A stretch of DNA of 43,121 nucleotides from Fistulifera solaris (Eukaryota): the NCBI GenBank assembly GCA_030295235.1, contig AP026173.1, positions 558,001 through 601,121 on the forward strand, in the 5' to 3' direction. A program made the position numbers and the translations under genes. The notes beneath the pieces were generated by a model that had not been told where the DNA came from, did not search any database, and saw nothing but the letters and a program-made list of their open reading frames with translations. Below are positions 12,773 through 26,500 of this stretch, in pieces; position 1 is the first letter of the stretch; each line of letters begins with the position of its first letter.

Positions 12773-13527
12773 TTACTTTGTCAAGCTCATAATAGAGTTC
12801 ACCAGATCGCCGTCGTTCTCTTTCAAAGCCTTGACAGCAACCGCACGACTGCATCCAACTTGGCTGACCACCAGATCAATGTCCTTGGCTTCCAGTCCGG
12901 TTTCATCCACCGTTTCTTCCGCCGGGGCCGCCGCGGCGGCAGCACCGGCCGAGGCGTCCAAGGCAGCAGCTGCCGACGGGGGCATGGCCTGGAACTGCTT
13001 GGCAGCAGCAGCGGCATTGGCGGCCGAAGAATCTTCGCTCTTGGCTTCTCCAAAGACAACATAAGAATCCGCGTTGGGCGACTTGTACACATCGGGCTTG
13101 TTGATGACAAACAAGACGTTCTTGGACTTTTGACCGTCACACGCAAAACACCAGGTACGGGGCGCATGCCAAGCTTTTGCATGGCTTTGCGCGACTTCTT
13201 TTCGTTGCGGTTCTGTTGCTTGTTCATCTCGTTGGCTTGCATGGCGGCGGCCGCTTGGCCATGAGGGCCGGATCCATGCCGGCCAGATCGGGGATCTCAT
13301 CGCCTTCCGCGGGGGTCTCGAGTTGCGGGATGTCGTCAATTTCTTCAATCTAAAAACAGAAGGAGCGTAAGGTTAGACTGAATTTCGCAACGCTGAAAGC
13401 TACAACAGAGCTCATGGAAGGGAAAAAATAACCCGTTCTTGCGACTCTGTTTTTTCGACTCGTTCGTTCGGCACACAATGATCTTATGCTTAAGTTTTTA
13501 AACACCCTATCCTCTTACCTCAGGCAT
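12773..13527 (-). CDS. NACA: Nascent polypeptide-associated complex subunit alpha; 2 exons (intron 13350-13518)
   Basis: [21 protein letters not shown](K)[25 protein letters not shown] (NAC domain) and the C-terminal [38 protein letters not shown]. The first exon MPE is followed by GTAAG. Two 1-bp indels. Confidence 0.94.
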
Positions 13528-13930
13528 GATTGTTGTTTTTCAAAAGTAAAAGTATTGCTGCGATAAACGTTAATAACTAGCACGTCGTCGAAAAGGTGAA
13601 AGTCAAAAGGGTGGATGCAACATGCGATTTTTTCGCGAGCTTCGAGAAAGGCCTCTCGAGAGCCACACAATAAGCCGTGACGACAAGCTCATGACTCAAG
13701 AATTTGTCTGAGTCACTGTTGGAACCGCAACCGCTCGTCTGAACTATAATGTAAAACTGTAGGCGTGACACCTTGTGAATGAGCGATATTTCAGTCCCGG
13801 AAGTTTCTACCGCTCTATGCTAACATTACTTCAGTTTTTAGTAAAAGAAAATTGAAGTGTAAAAGCTTTAAAAAAAGCGCTCTATGATTCAAACAGTGTT
13901 CCCTTGTTCTTGGTAATTCTTCTTACTATA

Positions 13931-14323
13931 CTAATTATCTTGGAAATCGGTTGACTGAACATCCACCGTTTCAAACTCATTATCCGCTATTCCGAACGCA
14001 ACATGAAGGACGGAATTGTCTTTAATCTCGTATTCAACCAATTTATCTTCGTCATCGAGTACTGTGGGTCCATCCGGATGAATGAGTTGCAACTGAATGT
14101 TGGTTTCGGAAGAGTGCTGTGCAACAGCATTTTGAATTTTCTGTTTCAGTGACAACACCGTGTCCGACGCATCGCATAGAAAGCAGTACGTCTGGTTCTT
14201 GCGTTTGACCCTTATGAAACTAAGTGAAAAGAATATGCGAAATGAAAAGAGATGGTAAGAGTCGCACTAAAAAGAAGACGACCAGTCAAATATTGAAAAG
14301 GATACGTACAGCGGAGGGTCCAT
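13931..14323 (-). CDS. Elongin-B-like ubiquitin-like protein; 2 exons (intron 14220-14309)
   Basis: Spliced product MDPPLFIRVKRKNQTYCFLCDASDTVLSLKQKI..LDDEDKLVEYEIKDNSVLHVAF..EFETVDV matches the Elongin B/UBL pattern. GTACGT..TTAG intron. Confidence 0.72.
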
Positions 14324-14769
14324 TGTTGTAAGGCAAATCTTGGATTCACAAACACGCCGCTTTTATCACGAGCTTCTTCCCTTGATATAATACCTTCTAA
14401 GATGATGGAGATTGGAAGTGGAATGATGGACGAAGCTGCTCTCACGGTTTATGTTGTTTTATTACCCATTACGGAGTATCATGCTTTTGAGGTGTAGCGC
14501 AAGGCGCATGGCGGTGGCGCTTCGTGTTATTTCAGTACCGGATACTTTGTCGCTTTGGCTTTCGCTTCTCCCATCTATCCGCGATCCGCGACGCAGCGAT
14601 CGTCAGCGCATTTTTTCGGAAAGACGGCGAAAATAAGGGACGAGAGGACGCTGCTGGTGTTGTTATTCTTCTTCATTTTTTCGTAGACTGATGAATTGCG
14701 AAATAGCGTTCTGTTTCAATCAATTGTGCTCATAATCCTCCCCGTGCTGTGTGTGCCTGTTGGAAGATA

Positions 14770-15169
14770 ATGCCTATTAACAAGGGACGGAAGAGTACAA
14801 AAGGGCCGCAAGCCTGTCGCTCGAGATAGCACGGAGCAGCCGTTCTCACAGCGTGACAGAATTCCCTTTCGCTAGAGAAAAGCATCGAAGGATGCTAACA
14901 TTATTATTTAGGACGGAGGATATTATGCAGTCTATACTGGTAAAGAAGCGACCCAAACATTTTGCAACTGGATGGTGGGGGAAGCTTATTGTAAGAACCC
15001 GAGAATGTCGGCAGTCAACAATTATCTTCAAGGAGTGCAGCGAATTATGAATCACAATCGAAATAACTACATGTTGATGAGCGAGGACGATCTTATTGCT
15101 GCTTCACCCGATATTTGCGCAGCTTTGGCTTTGAGTATCCGATTGCGTGAAAAAGTAACAGCGGCCTAG
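14770..15169 (+). CDS. Possible small hypothetical protein; exon structure uncertain
   Basis: ATG at 14770 (MPINKGRKS), a branch-like GCTAAC and a TTTAG acceptor at ~14894-14911, then an open frame DGGYYAVYTGKEATQTFCNWMVGEAYC..EKVTAA*. Confidence 0.3.
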
Positions 15170-15408
15170 TCCCTCCCGGACATCAGGATATCATTGATGT
15201 GCTGAAACACTGTCGCGGCGCTCTTCGATTTGCCTTCAGATGATTCCCCGCCAGCTTGAGCGGATCATTGATAACATCGCTGGTAGACTCGCTTTGGTTG
15301 AAAGCCTATCCATACCGCTGTCAAGCACATATTGGTTTCTTTCAACCATAAAACTGACTTAATAATACATTACTTTGGTGCTATTTTTGAGGGTGCTGAA
15401 GGCCTTTG

Positions 15409-18400
15409 TTATTGCTGAGCTATTTGGTACACCAGTGCTGTTTGTCCCCCGCCAACTGAAAAAGTCGTTGGGTCTCCCGGAGGACTAGCCAGCGCGCCCA
15501 GTCCTTCTGTAAAACCTGGGTCCACAGTTTCAGTAATTTGAATCCATTCGGAGTTTGCTCCATCAAAATCAAGTCTCACAATTGTTCCGTTTGATTTCCC
15601 GATGATAAGCGATGTATCAGATCCAGTAAGCTGTAAACTCGAGCCAATAGCGTCCCCTTCTTCACCAACAACTGATGTCATCTCTTCGAAAATATCACCA
15701 ACCTTTTCATAAACGACGACGCGACCTCGGCCTTGCATGTATCCTGGCGCTCCAACTGCGATGAAGGTCGAGGAGAGCACTTTGACAGAGGTTCCACATG
15801 CGTCTCCATCCGTTTCACCGCTTATAATGAGCGTACTTTCCCAAGTGCCGTTACGCTTTTCAAAGACACTCGCATATCCCGCACCATTACCAGGGGCTCC
15901 TGCAACAACCATCAAGCCAGATTCGTCGATGTCAACGGCGAATCCTAGATTGTCACCGCTTTCGAAGCCAACTTCCAAAGTTGTTGAAGACCATGCGTCT
16001 GTGTATTCAAAAATGTAGAATGCGCCTCTTCCCAACACTCCATCGTTGCTGTATGTCGCAGAGCCGATAATCGCAACGCGGTTGTTGCTCACCGCTACCG
16101 AAGTTCCAAAGGAGCCATCCAACGCACCATCACCACGTAGTGGTTCTCCAATGCGCGTCAACATTCCGCCAGATGATTCGTAATAATACGCCGCTCCTTC
16201 GCCGCTATTCACGAAAGGTGCGCCCACTAAAAGTCCTTGTCCGCCTATATCCAACGACAGACCAAAACCACCCGAAGTCTCTTCCCCGTACAATTCTTCA
16301 GACTGCACCCATTCTCCGTTTACGGCGGTGTATGTGTGGACACTACCGCTTTCAGACAAGGTGAAGGGAGCGCCAACGGCAAGCAAGGTACTTGACATTG
16401 CTATAGAAGATCCAAACCCTGATTGAGGAATTTCGACACGAAATGGGCCACCCGCAATCGACCATTCCAGTAGAGAATCTAATGTAGGAGGACTTGTCTG
16501 TTCGGGGATTGATGGAGCAGACGATTCTGAAATAGAAACAGATGCAGTTGGCATTGAGACGGGAGTGGTAGTTCCAATGGATGGTGGCATTGACGGCGTT
16601 ACTGGTGATAAAGTGGGCGACTCAGCCGGGCTGGCGGCAGGAGAGACAGGTTCTAGACTTGGTTCGCTAGTCTCTCCTTCCTCGGATGTCTTGTAAACAC
16701 TCACAACACCGTCTACTTCTGATCCGATTGCTATGAACCCTGAGTTCGCACCAGACACGGAAATGCTGGTAACAGCAGACAAAGCAGGGTCCAATTCTTC
16801 ATACACCATCGACCATGACTGAGACAGTGCCGAGTAGTCGTAACGCACCACTTTGCCCTTTGCCGTGGCAACCACAACTTGCACAGAATCGCCATTCGAG
16901 CTTCCGCTCAAAACATTGGCTTCTCCGAGACGGTCACCGCGCTCTCCTACTATGTCAGAGCCTAGCTGCTGATAAACACCGTCATCGCCTCTACGGTAGA
17001 CAACAACGCGACCAGAACCGCTCTCATAGTCCGGTGCACCAATCGCAAACGTATCGCCATTGGCTGACAACATCGCAACAGACGCCCCGAACCGCTCGTT
17101 TCCTTCAGTTCCTGAAATGGAAAACACCATCTCCCAAGCCTCCGTTGATGATTCACCGCCGTACTGGTAAACAAATACTAGACCAGGTGCGTCGTGCAGA
17201 TCGCCTCCAGGTCCTCCGGCTATAAACGCGGTTCCATCCTTGGATATCGCTACTGAAGACCCAAATCGATCACCAGCTCTCTCGCCCAAGAGCGCGGTAG
17301 ACCCCATGCCAGCCCAAGCAGATGCGTCCTCGATCGGCCATTCAAACGTGTAGACTCTACCGATCTCGAAGTCGTTGAGGTTACTATTTGGAGCACCCAC
17401 AACAACACGGTACGAGTTTTCGGTTACTGCAACAGAGACAGCAGAGCCAAAAGCTTCATTCGCTGCGAACACGTCTTCGTCACCTCGCAACGTTTCTCCT
17501 ACTTGCAACCAGCTAGTGTCTCTGTATTCGTACACATAAACTCCTCCAGCTTCTGTTGGGGCATCAATGATAAACAAAAATGGGGACCCGATGGCTGCTA
17601 TTTTGCCCGATACATCTACTGACCACCCAAAGCCACTGCCTTCTTGTTCACCAAGAAGCTCACCTGCGTTGAGCATCACATCTGAATCATCATTGCTTTG
17701 AAAGCTTCGTACGAGACCCTGTCCTTCACTTGGGAGTCCCGCTAGCAAGAGACCACTATCAAACGAAACGCTTTTTCCAAAACCAGTATTTAGATTTTCA
17801 TTGAACGGGCCATTCACAAGTTCGTATCTTGGTTGCGGAGCAGCTGTCGGTCCGGGTGCTGGTACTGGGACCGGATTCTGGCAGCGATGTGTGAGTGCAA
17901 AACTTTCGCGGTTTTCAATAAATTAAAAGGTTTCTTACCTCTGGCGAGGGTGCCTTGGTTGGAAATGTAATGTCACGGTCAGTGTTATTGTCATCCTTGT
18001 TTTGTAGTGCCAACGGAATGGCAACGATCAGGGCAATTATAACTAAGAAGATGGCGCACAAAAGACATAGCACAGCAGGAGATTTTAAAGGGTTGATGCC
18101 GTCGTTTTCGTCCAGCAATTCTTTCACCCGTTCATCATCGTCGTTATCAGGATAATTTTTCAAGGTTGCGCCCTTGTTGAGTTCGGCGTAAGTGTTACCA
18201 ACAAGTGATTGTTCTCTCTCGGAGTCGCGGTAAAAGAAATCGGAACCGCTTTCGGCAGTGTGGTCTTCAAGGATTACTCCCATTGTTCCACCCATTCGCA
18301 TAGGATCCACGCCTTGTAAATAGGCTTTGTTGGATGCACCATTAAGCGCAGCTTGGACTTCGTCCTGAGACCGCACTTGAGCATCATCCGAAACATCGGG

Positions 18401-20022
18401 TATTTCCCATGACGTTTCGCCGGACTCTTCGTTGTAATAATAAAGCTCGCCTGAATCCGGATCGACGTGGCTTTTCCAACCTGGTGGTAATTGTTGTTGC
18501 TCAGCACTGAAATCGTGACTCGCATCTAAATCGGCGACCATACTCTCCATCTGTTCCGTTTGAACGAAATTGTCGTCTACTCCACATGCCGCAGTTTGTT
18601 TTTTTGATATATCTGTTTCGGGCACTGTTAGTAATTCCGGATTGCGTGTCTCACTTACTTCGTCATCTAGACCGACGCTTGGTAAATCCTCCTTCTGCTT
18701 CTCACTGATTCTGTCAAAGTCTTCAGGTATTTCAATAGGAATATCGCCTTGTGCTTGTATTCCCGATGTCGGTACTAGTGGTGTAGAAAAGTCACCTGAT
18801 TGGTACGAATGCTCATCTCCTTCTTCGATGGCCGACAAAAACGCACCACCGCTCGATAAGGAATCGCCGTTCTGATCATCATCGTTGCTCGGTGTACTAG
18901 GCAAAGGGGCATCATTGATGGACTTATCAGGTTCGATGGTCTCCTCCACAGTTTCGTCGTCGACGATTTCCTCTTCATCGTCATCAATAATTTCCATCTC
19001 TTCTTCACCGTCACTTTCCACCAATTCTTCTTCTTCATAGTCATCATCCACGACTTCTTCCTCTTCAAATAGCTCGCTTTGGTTAACATCCAAATTGGGA
19101 TCGGAGCCTTCTTCTTCACTGATTTCCTCGTATATTGTGGAAGTTTCACTTGCATCTTCTTGCCCTGGAGGATTTTCTGGCCTAATATCGTTGACCGGAT
19201 CAATGACTGCAACGACAGACTGGGTAGTTGTCTTCTTTTCGCTTTCCATTTCCAATGGTAGGTCTAAATTGCGTCCTTTTGTGATGTTTCTCCCATTATG
19301 GTTTCCTTGGCAGCATCTTCCGACGGTACATTGGGTTCGGGGATTGCCTGTACCAGACCGGCCAGATATTCATTGTTCTCCACGCGTTCCTGCAGTTGAT
19401 CGACCAGTCCGTTGGCCGATTCGGTGACCGTCGTCTCGACCTTTTCCGCCATTTCCTCCAAATTGATATCCAGTGCCACTTTGGCAAAAGATTCATTCTC
19501 TTGGACACGTTCTTTCAGCAGATCTACCGCTGTTTGTGTCGAATCGGCGATAACTGTCTTGGCTTGTTCCGCCATTTTGTCCACTTCCGTCACAACAGCT
19601 TCCGTTTCTTCCGCCAACTGACTTGTATCGGCGCTGTCTCGGAAAACGTTCGCTGGTCGTTCCTTGATCGGACTGGCCAGTGGTGATACGATGGGCTTAT
19701 TGGTCGTTGCTAGTAAATCTGTCGCCAGGTATCTCGATTCTCGTTCTTCTTGATCTGGTGTCGAATACAATTCGAGCGATTTGTTGTTCTGAGAGGATGG
19801 CGTACGGGGTGGATATTCCAATTCCGGTAGATATTGCTTGGCGGCGTCGATGATGGGCGTCACATCGACGGGCAATTGGGTGACTAGGTCCGAGAGATGA
19901 GACGAAACGTTCGTGGCTCCTGCCGGAATCTCATCCGTATTGTGAAATGGCTCGGATTGATGATCCGGTAAAACCGTGTCTGCCAGAGTCTCTAAAAGAC
20001 CTGGAGGTGTCTCGTCGGCCAT
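15409..20022 (-). CDS. FG-GAP repeat type II membrane protein A: acidic N-terminal region, WW domain, TM helix, two beta-propellers
   Basis: ORFs 19264-20022, 17915-19255 and 15409-17877 are joined by a 1-bp indel at ~19265 and an intron at 17878-17938 (GTAAG..CAG, in phase). WW domain LPPGWKSHVDPDSGELYYYNEESGETSWEIP (~18398-18490). TM AVLCLLCAIFLVIIALIVAIPLAL. Repeated FGxSV..vGAP..G.V.vY blades in two blocks separated by a Pro/Ser/Thr linker. Confidence 0.85.
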
Positions 20023-20580
20023 CTTCTTTGTTGCTGCTTATTAATCGAAGAGAGTCCCCGGCGTTGCGATATCCGATTCGAATACACCGGTCCTCCTCTA
20101 ACGGAAGATTAGTTTGTTTGCACGGAATGGATCAGCGTTTGTGATGGTTTGCTGCCCTTCCGGTTGGTTGCTTTCCTCGTTTCGGTGGATCGTTCTATTT
20201 GGCTCATCGATTTTTGGCTTCTTGATTTCGGACATCGGCTTGCGTCGAAAGGGGCCATTTTTTCGCCTACACATCAACTGAGTCTCCCACTCCTGGAATG
20301 CCGCGAATGACCGAAGGGCGTCGCATGATTTTGGCGCGACCGGCCAAAAGACTTCGACGTTGGCTACTTTTTACTCTATACAGCGACAGTCGTATTGCAG
20401 TACCGCAGCGATACATCGCGGAACTCTCGCGAAGGTGCATCAAAATCAATGCGAAACAATGACGGTAACAAGATGAAGACGAACAGAGAATCATCATCAT
20501 TTTACATTATTTTCTAAAAGCAAAACAACAAAATACTATTCTATACAATTAACAAATAAAGTTTTGTTCGCAAAAGCAAA

Positions 20581-23500
20581 CTATGAAAGACCATACACGA
20601 CGGCTTTTTCGGCGCCACTGGCAGCAAACATGCCCGGATCGTCCGACGGTGTGGCGATGGCTTGCAATCCGGACCCCACACCCGAATCAACCAGCTCCGT
20701 TGTTTGAATCCATTTTGAGTTGGTAGCATCAAATTCGAGTCGTTTCACAAAGCCATCGGCTCTTCCGACCAACAAGGTTGTCCCGGACCCGGCCAATTTC
20801 AAGGTCGAACCCATTTCGTCGCCTTCGTCTCCCACAACGTCCACCAGTTCTTCAAACGTGCCTCGCACCCTCTGATAAACAACCACACGACCACGACCCT
20901 GCAGGTAACCGGGTGCTCCAACGGCTACATGATACGGGGAAAGGACTTTCACGGATGTACCGAAGGCATCGCCTTCATTTTGGCCTCGAATCAGTAAGGT
21001 GGTATCCCAGGTGCTTCCCTTCTTTTCGAGAACAATCGCGTACCCTCCTTTATTCCCCGGTGCACCCAATAACACCATAGTTCCGGAAGAATCAATATCG
21101 ACGGCATGACCCAAGCTATCTCCCGCCTCGGTACCGAACTCAGACGTGGACAGGCTCCAGCCATCGGCAAATTCGAAAAGATAGGCGGCGCCTCTTCCCG
21201 TCAATCCGTCACCGCTGAAACCCACCGCTCCGACCACACCCACGCGACTGGCACTAATGGCGACGGACGAGCCGAAAAAGCCATCCGGACCGGCCGTGTT
21301 GAGGAGGGGATCACCCATGGGCATCCATTGTCCCGATCCATCATTTTCATAATAGTAGGCGGCTCCTGCTCCCCCGGCCAACGGTGCTCCCACGAGCATT
21401 CCCGAACCATCCATATCCAACGAATAACCGAAACCGTCGGAACTTTCGCGGCCAGTCAGTTCGGCTGACTCGGACCAGGTACCAGTCGGATCGATTCGAT
21501 ACGTCTTGACGAGACCGGCAAGGGAGCGCCCACCGCCACTTGCGTGTCCGACATGGCGAGGGAGGATCCGTAGCCGGATTGGGCCATATCGACGTTGAAA
21601 GGACCGCCGACAATGGACCATTCCAAAAGTGTGGCGAACGTCGGTGCCACTGTCTCGGAAGCCACTGTTCCGGTGGGGAATGAGACAGGTGCGGCAACGG
21701 GGCTGGCGGCAGGAGGTTCTAAATCGGGTTCCACAGAATCTCCATTATCCGTCGACTTGTAAATGCTTACAACACCGTCCACTTCTGATCCGATGGCTAG
21801 GAGCCCAGAGTTTGCGCCAGACACGGATATGCTGGTCACAGCAGCATAATCGAGATCCAATTCTTCATACATCATCGACCATGACTGCGATTGTGCTGAG
21901 TAGTCGTATCGCACCACTTTTCCCTTTGCCGTGCCAACTACAATTTGGACAGAATCACCGTTCGAGCTTCCGCTCAAGGTATTCGTTTCTCCGAGACTCT
22001 CGCCGCGCTCTCCTACTATGTCAGAGCCCAGCTTCTGATAAACACCGTCATCACCTCTACGGTAGACCACAACGCGACCCGAACCGCTCTCATAGTCCGG
22101 TGCACCAATCGCAAACGTATCGCCATTGGCTGACAAAATCGCAACAGACGCCCCGAACCGCTCGTTTCCTTCAGTTCCTGAAATGGAAAACACCATCTCC
22201 CAAGCCTCCGTTGATGATTCGCCGACGTACTGGTAAACGAATACTAGACCAGGCTCGTCGTGCAGATCGCCTCCAGGTCCTCCGGCTACAAACATGCTTC
22301 CATCCTTGGATATCGCTACCGAAGACCCAAATCGATCGCCAGCTCTCTCGCCCAAAAGCGCGGTAGACTCCATGCCAGCCCAAGCAGAACCGTCCTTAAT
22401 CGGCCATTCGAACGTGTAAACTCTACCGATTTCAAAGTCGTCGAGGTTACTCACGGGGGCACCTACGACAACACGGTACGAAGTTTCGGTCACCGCGACA
22501 GACACGGAAGAGCCAAAAGCTTCATTCGCGGCAAACAAGTCCTCGTCACCTCGCAGCGTCTCTCCCACCTGTGACCAGTTAGATCCACTGTACTCGTATA
22601 CGTACACTCCCCCCGCTTCTGTTGGGGTATCCACGATGAACAAGAACGGGGAACCGATGGCGGCTATTGTACCCGAGACGTCAACCGACCACCCAAATCC
22701 ACTTGCTTCTTGCTCACCAAGAAGGTCGGATGCCGAAAGCATCTCATCGGACTGTCCAGTTTGAAACGTACGCACGAGACCTTGTCCTTCGTTAGGTAGT
22801 CCGACAAGCAAGAGTCCGCTGTCAAACGAAATGGTTTTACCGAATCCAGTGTCTGGGTTGTCATCATATGGACCACTGGCAAGTTCATATTTGAGTCGTG
22901 GTGCCGGAGTAGGTTTGATCGTGTCAGGTGCTTTGGTTGGAAAGGAAATCTCTCGATCGTTGTCGCCATCGTCATCCTTTAGTAGGAAAGGAATCGCAAG
23001 CGCAAGTGTAATCAGTAACAAGCAAATTGCACACGCTATCGCGAAAATTGCAGCTCGATCGCAAAGGCCCTTGTTGGTCTCGTGGTCCTTCCCGTCGACG
23101 TCTGCAACAATTTCTTCTTCAATCTGGCTCTCTTCGCTTTCGTCATCTTGATTTTGTACAAAGCCTTGTTCGATATCATCTCGATCACGATCGGGGCCTA
23201 AAAACGAATGTTCCTTTTCGTCGGGCTTGGTAAACGTTACTCCTTTGTTGATGTCAGTCAGTGGCTGCTCGGAAAAGTGACAGCTTCCGAATAGGTGGAA
23301 TCGTATCCTACGGCATCGGTTTCTGCTCTGTCGGCATTATCAAATTTACGGATGAGATCTTGTTGACTCACTCGGTCTGCGAGATCACCGTCGGAGTCAG
23401 TGTCGTAAAACACTATTTCCTCTTCGACAGAGCTTGTTTGGAAGTCATGCATTGGTGTTTCAGCCGATGATTGCTCTGCCAGGAGAGCAACACCGATCTG

Positions 23501-26500
23501 GTTGCGTTTGTAGTCGAAGATGCCCTCGCATTCTTCGCTTTGCGCGACATTGCAATTCTCCTCGTGGTTGCCGTCTGGAAAGTAAAACGTTTTCATCGAA
23601 GGCAAAGCGTTTTCATTCACTTCATTGTCCACATGATCGGTGGCATAATTGAGTGTAGTAATTTCTGGGTAGACCGCAGGGGCTGCATCATCGAAACAGG
23701 CATCCTCCTGTGCAAAGTCAGGATAATGATCCTTCGGAACGCAATCATCGAAAATACCGGATAATGCTTTGTCTGCTACCTGAATTGCAGGCATTGTTTC
23801 GTCAACGTGCGCCTCTTCTTCGGCCTTTACAGCACCTATATCCTCAAGTGTTACCTCCTTGCGTTGTTCATTCGCATTCACTCCTGAATGTTGGACTGGT
23901 ATTTTTCCGAGACTTTCGGAAGGAACGTCCATCATAGCAACAAATGTCGAATCCTTTTGTGCTAAATCTTCTTTGACCACTCTAGTTTCCTCTGAATTGA
24001 CGAACTCATCAGAAAAAGACGTTTCCTCTGGAAAAATTGCCTCATTCAGCGATGCATTTTCTGCGATATTTGAGGATTGAAACTGAAAAGCTGGCGCACC
24101 CGCTGGTCCTGGTGGTACTTCGTCCTGCACTTCGCTTTCCACACTGTAAAGGAGAATTTCACGGGCATAGCCCTTTTCCATGTTGTGGGAACAATCTGAA
24201 TCGATAGGTGCATGAATGGCTTCCTGGTTGTTACTATGCGAGGAACTCTCGTCTTGATCCGACTCTTCACTTAAAACAAGATCTGGTGCGTTTGCATCAT
24301 CTTCTGGCACAATAACAGATACAGCTTCAGAGTCTAATTGAGGTTCTGCATCCCACTCGACCTGTCCGTCCTGATCAACTTCTGGCGGAAAACCAGCTCT
24401 CGGCTCTGTTTCTAATTTTGATTTTAGGTCGTCTGCTTCCGTCCCCAGCTCGATACCAGAGTCCGAGCTTTCTTGAGCTGCTAGTTCTGTTTCTTCGAGC
24501 AGGTCATGGGCGAAATCAACTATTTGGTCGACTTCGGCTTCCACTTTTATATCTGAATGAATTCGAGTATCTGTATCCCATGCTGGATTTAAAGCAAGGG
24601 TGGTCTCACAATTTTGTTCGGCTACATTTCCATATAGCACATCTACGCTTGAAATGTCATCCGTTTCCAATTGTGGTACACTATGATGTATCATTTCTGC
24701 TGGCTCTGCAGCATCTGTCACGTCATTTGATGTCGAGTCCAATGTGAGGTCAGGAATTACTTCGATATCCTTACTTCTGGCATCCGAAAAGCATCAATCT
24801 CATCTAAGGGTGGCTTTGTCATTTGGTTGGATCCGAACTGCGGTTCCGTAACTAGGTCTTCTTTACAATCAGCCTTCAGAACGGGTTCTGCTACTGCTTC
24901 TACGACAACATCTGGATCCTCTGTCCGTGCGGCCACATTTTCTTTGTCATTTGCTGTCGAATCGTCAATGGAAGAATGGTCGATATCGTCCGATGGACTA
25001 GAGTTGCGACCCACTGAAACGTCAAGCTGGTCAGCACCTGGTTCCTCTTCTGCCTGTACAAGCTTTTCTGACTCCACTGTTGCAAGGTTTACTTCAAGAT
25101 CAGAGTCATGTTCTTGCTCTAGGGTACTACAGTGCGCGTTTACTATTGCAGCTGCCGCATCGGTCACCTCATTAGACGTCGAATCGAGAGCAACGTCAGA
25201 ATTAAATTCGCCAGCTTGATCAAGTTCCTTGTATTCAGCATCCTGGATCCCATCTGCTTGTTCCTGCTCCAATGTTGGCGCTCCATCAGCTGATTCTGGT
25301 TGCGGTTCTAATCGTTCTTCCGATCCGAGATCGCCCTGTTCAGCCTCGAAAACGGACTCAGGCGTCGTGATAGCAGGTTCATCTTTGTCTTCTGGTCTCG
25401 AGTCGATGGCTGGAGCTGAATTTGTATTTTCGGAGAAGTCCATTTTGGAATCAATGAAGGCTTCACGATTATCATCTAAATCAGCCCCTGAATGATCGCC
25501 GGCATGATCAGAATCCTCGACGAATGATACAGACTCCACTCTTGTCTCTGATTCTGGAACGACTTCTAATAATTTCGTGGTTTCCGCTTCTTGATTGATT
25601 TCGGAGCGTACTGTTTCGGTTGTACAAACAGCTTCTGTTGGGTCGTCTGATGTCGAGTAACCTTTGGAAATCGATTCATCTTCGGTGGTATTGCCTTGGA
25701 CGATCACTGTAGAAGCCTGTAGCTCGCTTACTTGTTTCTCGTTAGGGTCTGCATCAGCAGCTACCTCTTCATCAGCCGGTTCTTCCGGTTTGACATCTGC
25801 TTCGTATTGAGACTTTAAGGCGGACTCCGACGCAGTCAATGCTACATCGGCCGTTTCAACTTGTATCGAGTTAAAAGCGGAGCACGACTCAGTCTCGAAG
25901 TCGATACCGCTTTCGGCGTCCAGAGAATCTTGATTTTTGTCTTCTTCGCTCAATTCTTGCTCTGGATGGGAAGTCGATTCGGCGTCCAGCGGTATCGCAT
26001 CTACTTCGTTCTGAGAATCCAGAACGGATTCCGACGCAGTCACTGCAGCATCGGCTTTGCCATTTGATGTCGAGTCTCTTGTTGAAGCGACATCAGAAGC
26101 TAAATCCGTTTCGCTATCCACAGGAATTCGAAGCTCATCTTCCTTCTCTGATTTTGGATCAACAGCTAATTTCATATCCGACGATGTTTCCGTTCCAGCA
26201 TCTACTTCCTTTTTAGGCTCCGAGACGGATTCAGAAACAGTCCATGTAGCATTGGCCATGTCCTTTGGTTCAGTATCAATCTGTGGAGCAGAATTGACAT
26301 CACTAGATGTTAAGCGAGTTTCGGCATCGATTGAAGCCTGCTCATCATCTTCTTTGTGCTTTGGCAGCGAATCAGTGAGTTCTTGATCCGCTTCTGTGAC
26401 AATATCGTCTTCTTGTTCAGTGATCAATGCAGACTCCGGCGCCATTTCTTTCAACTCTGATGTAACCTCGGCTATATCGTCAGTTTCTGCACGAACGTCA

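Noticed and set aside
14770..15169. Ribosomal protein L31-like start (basic N-terminus)
   Set aside because: The downstream sequence lacks L31 motifs.
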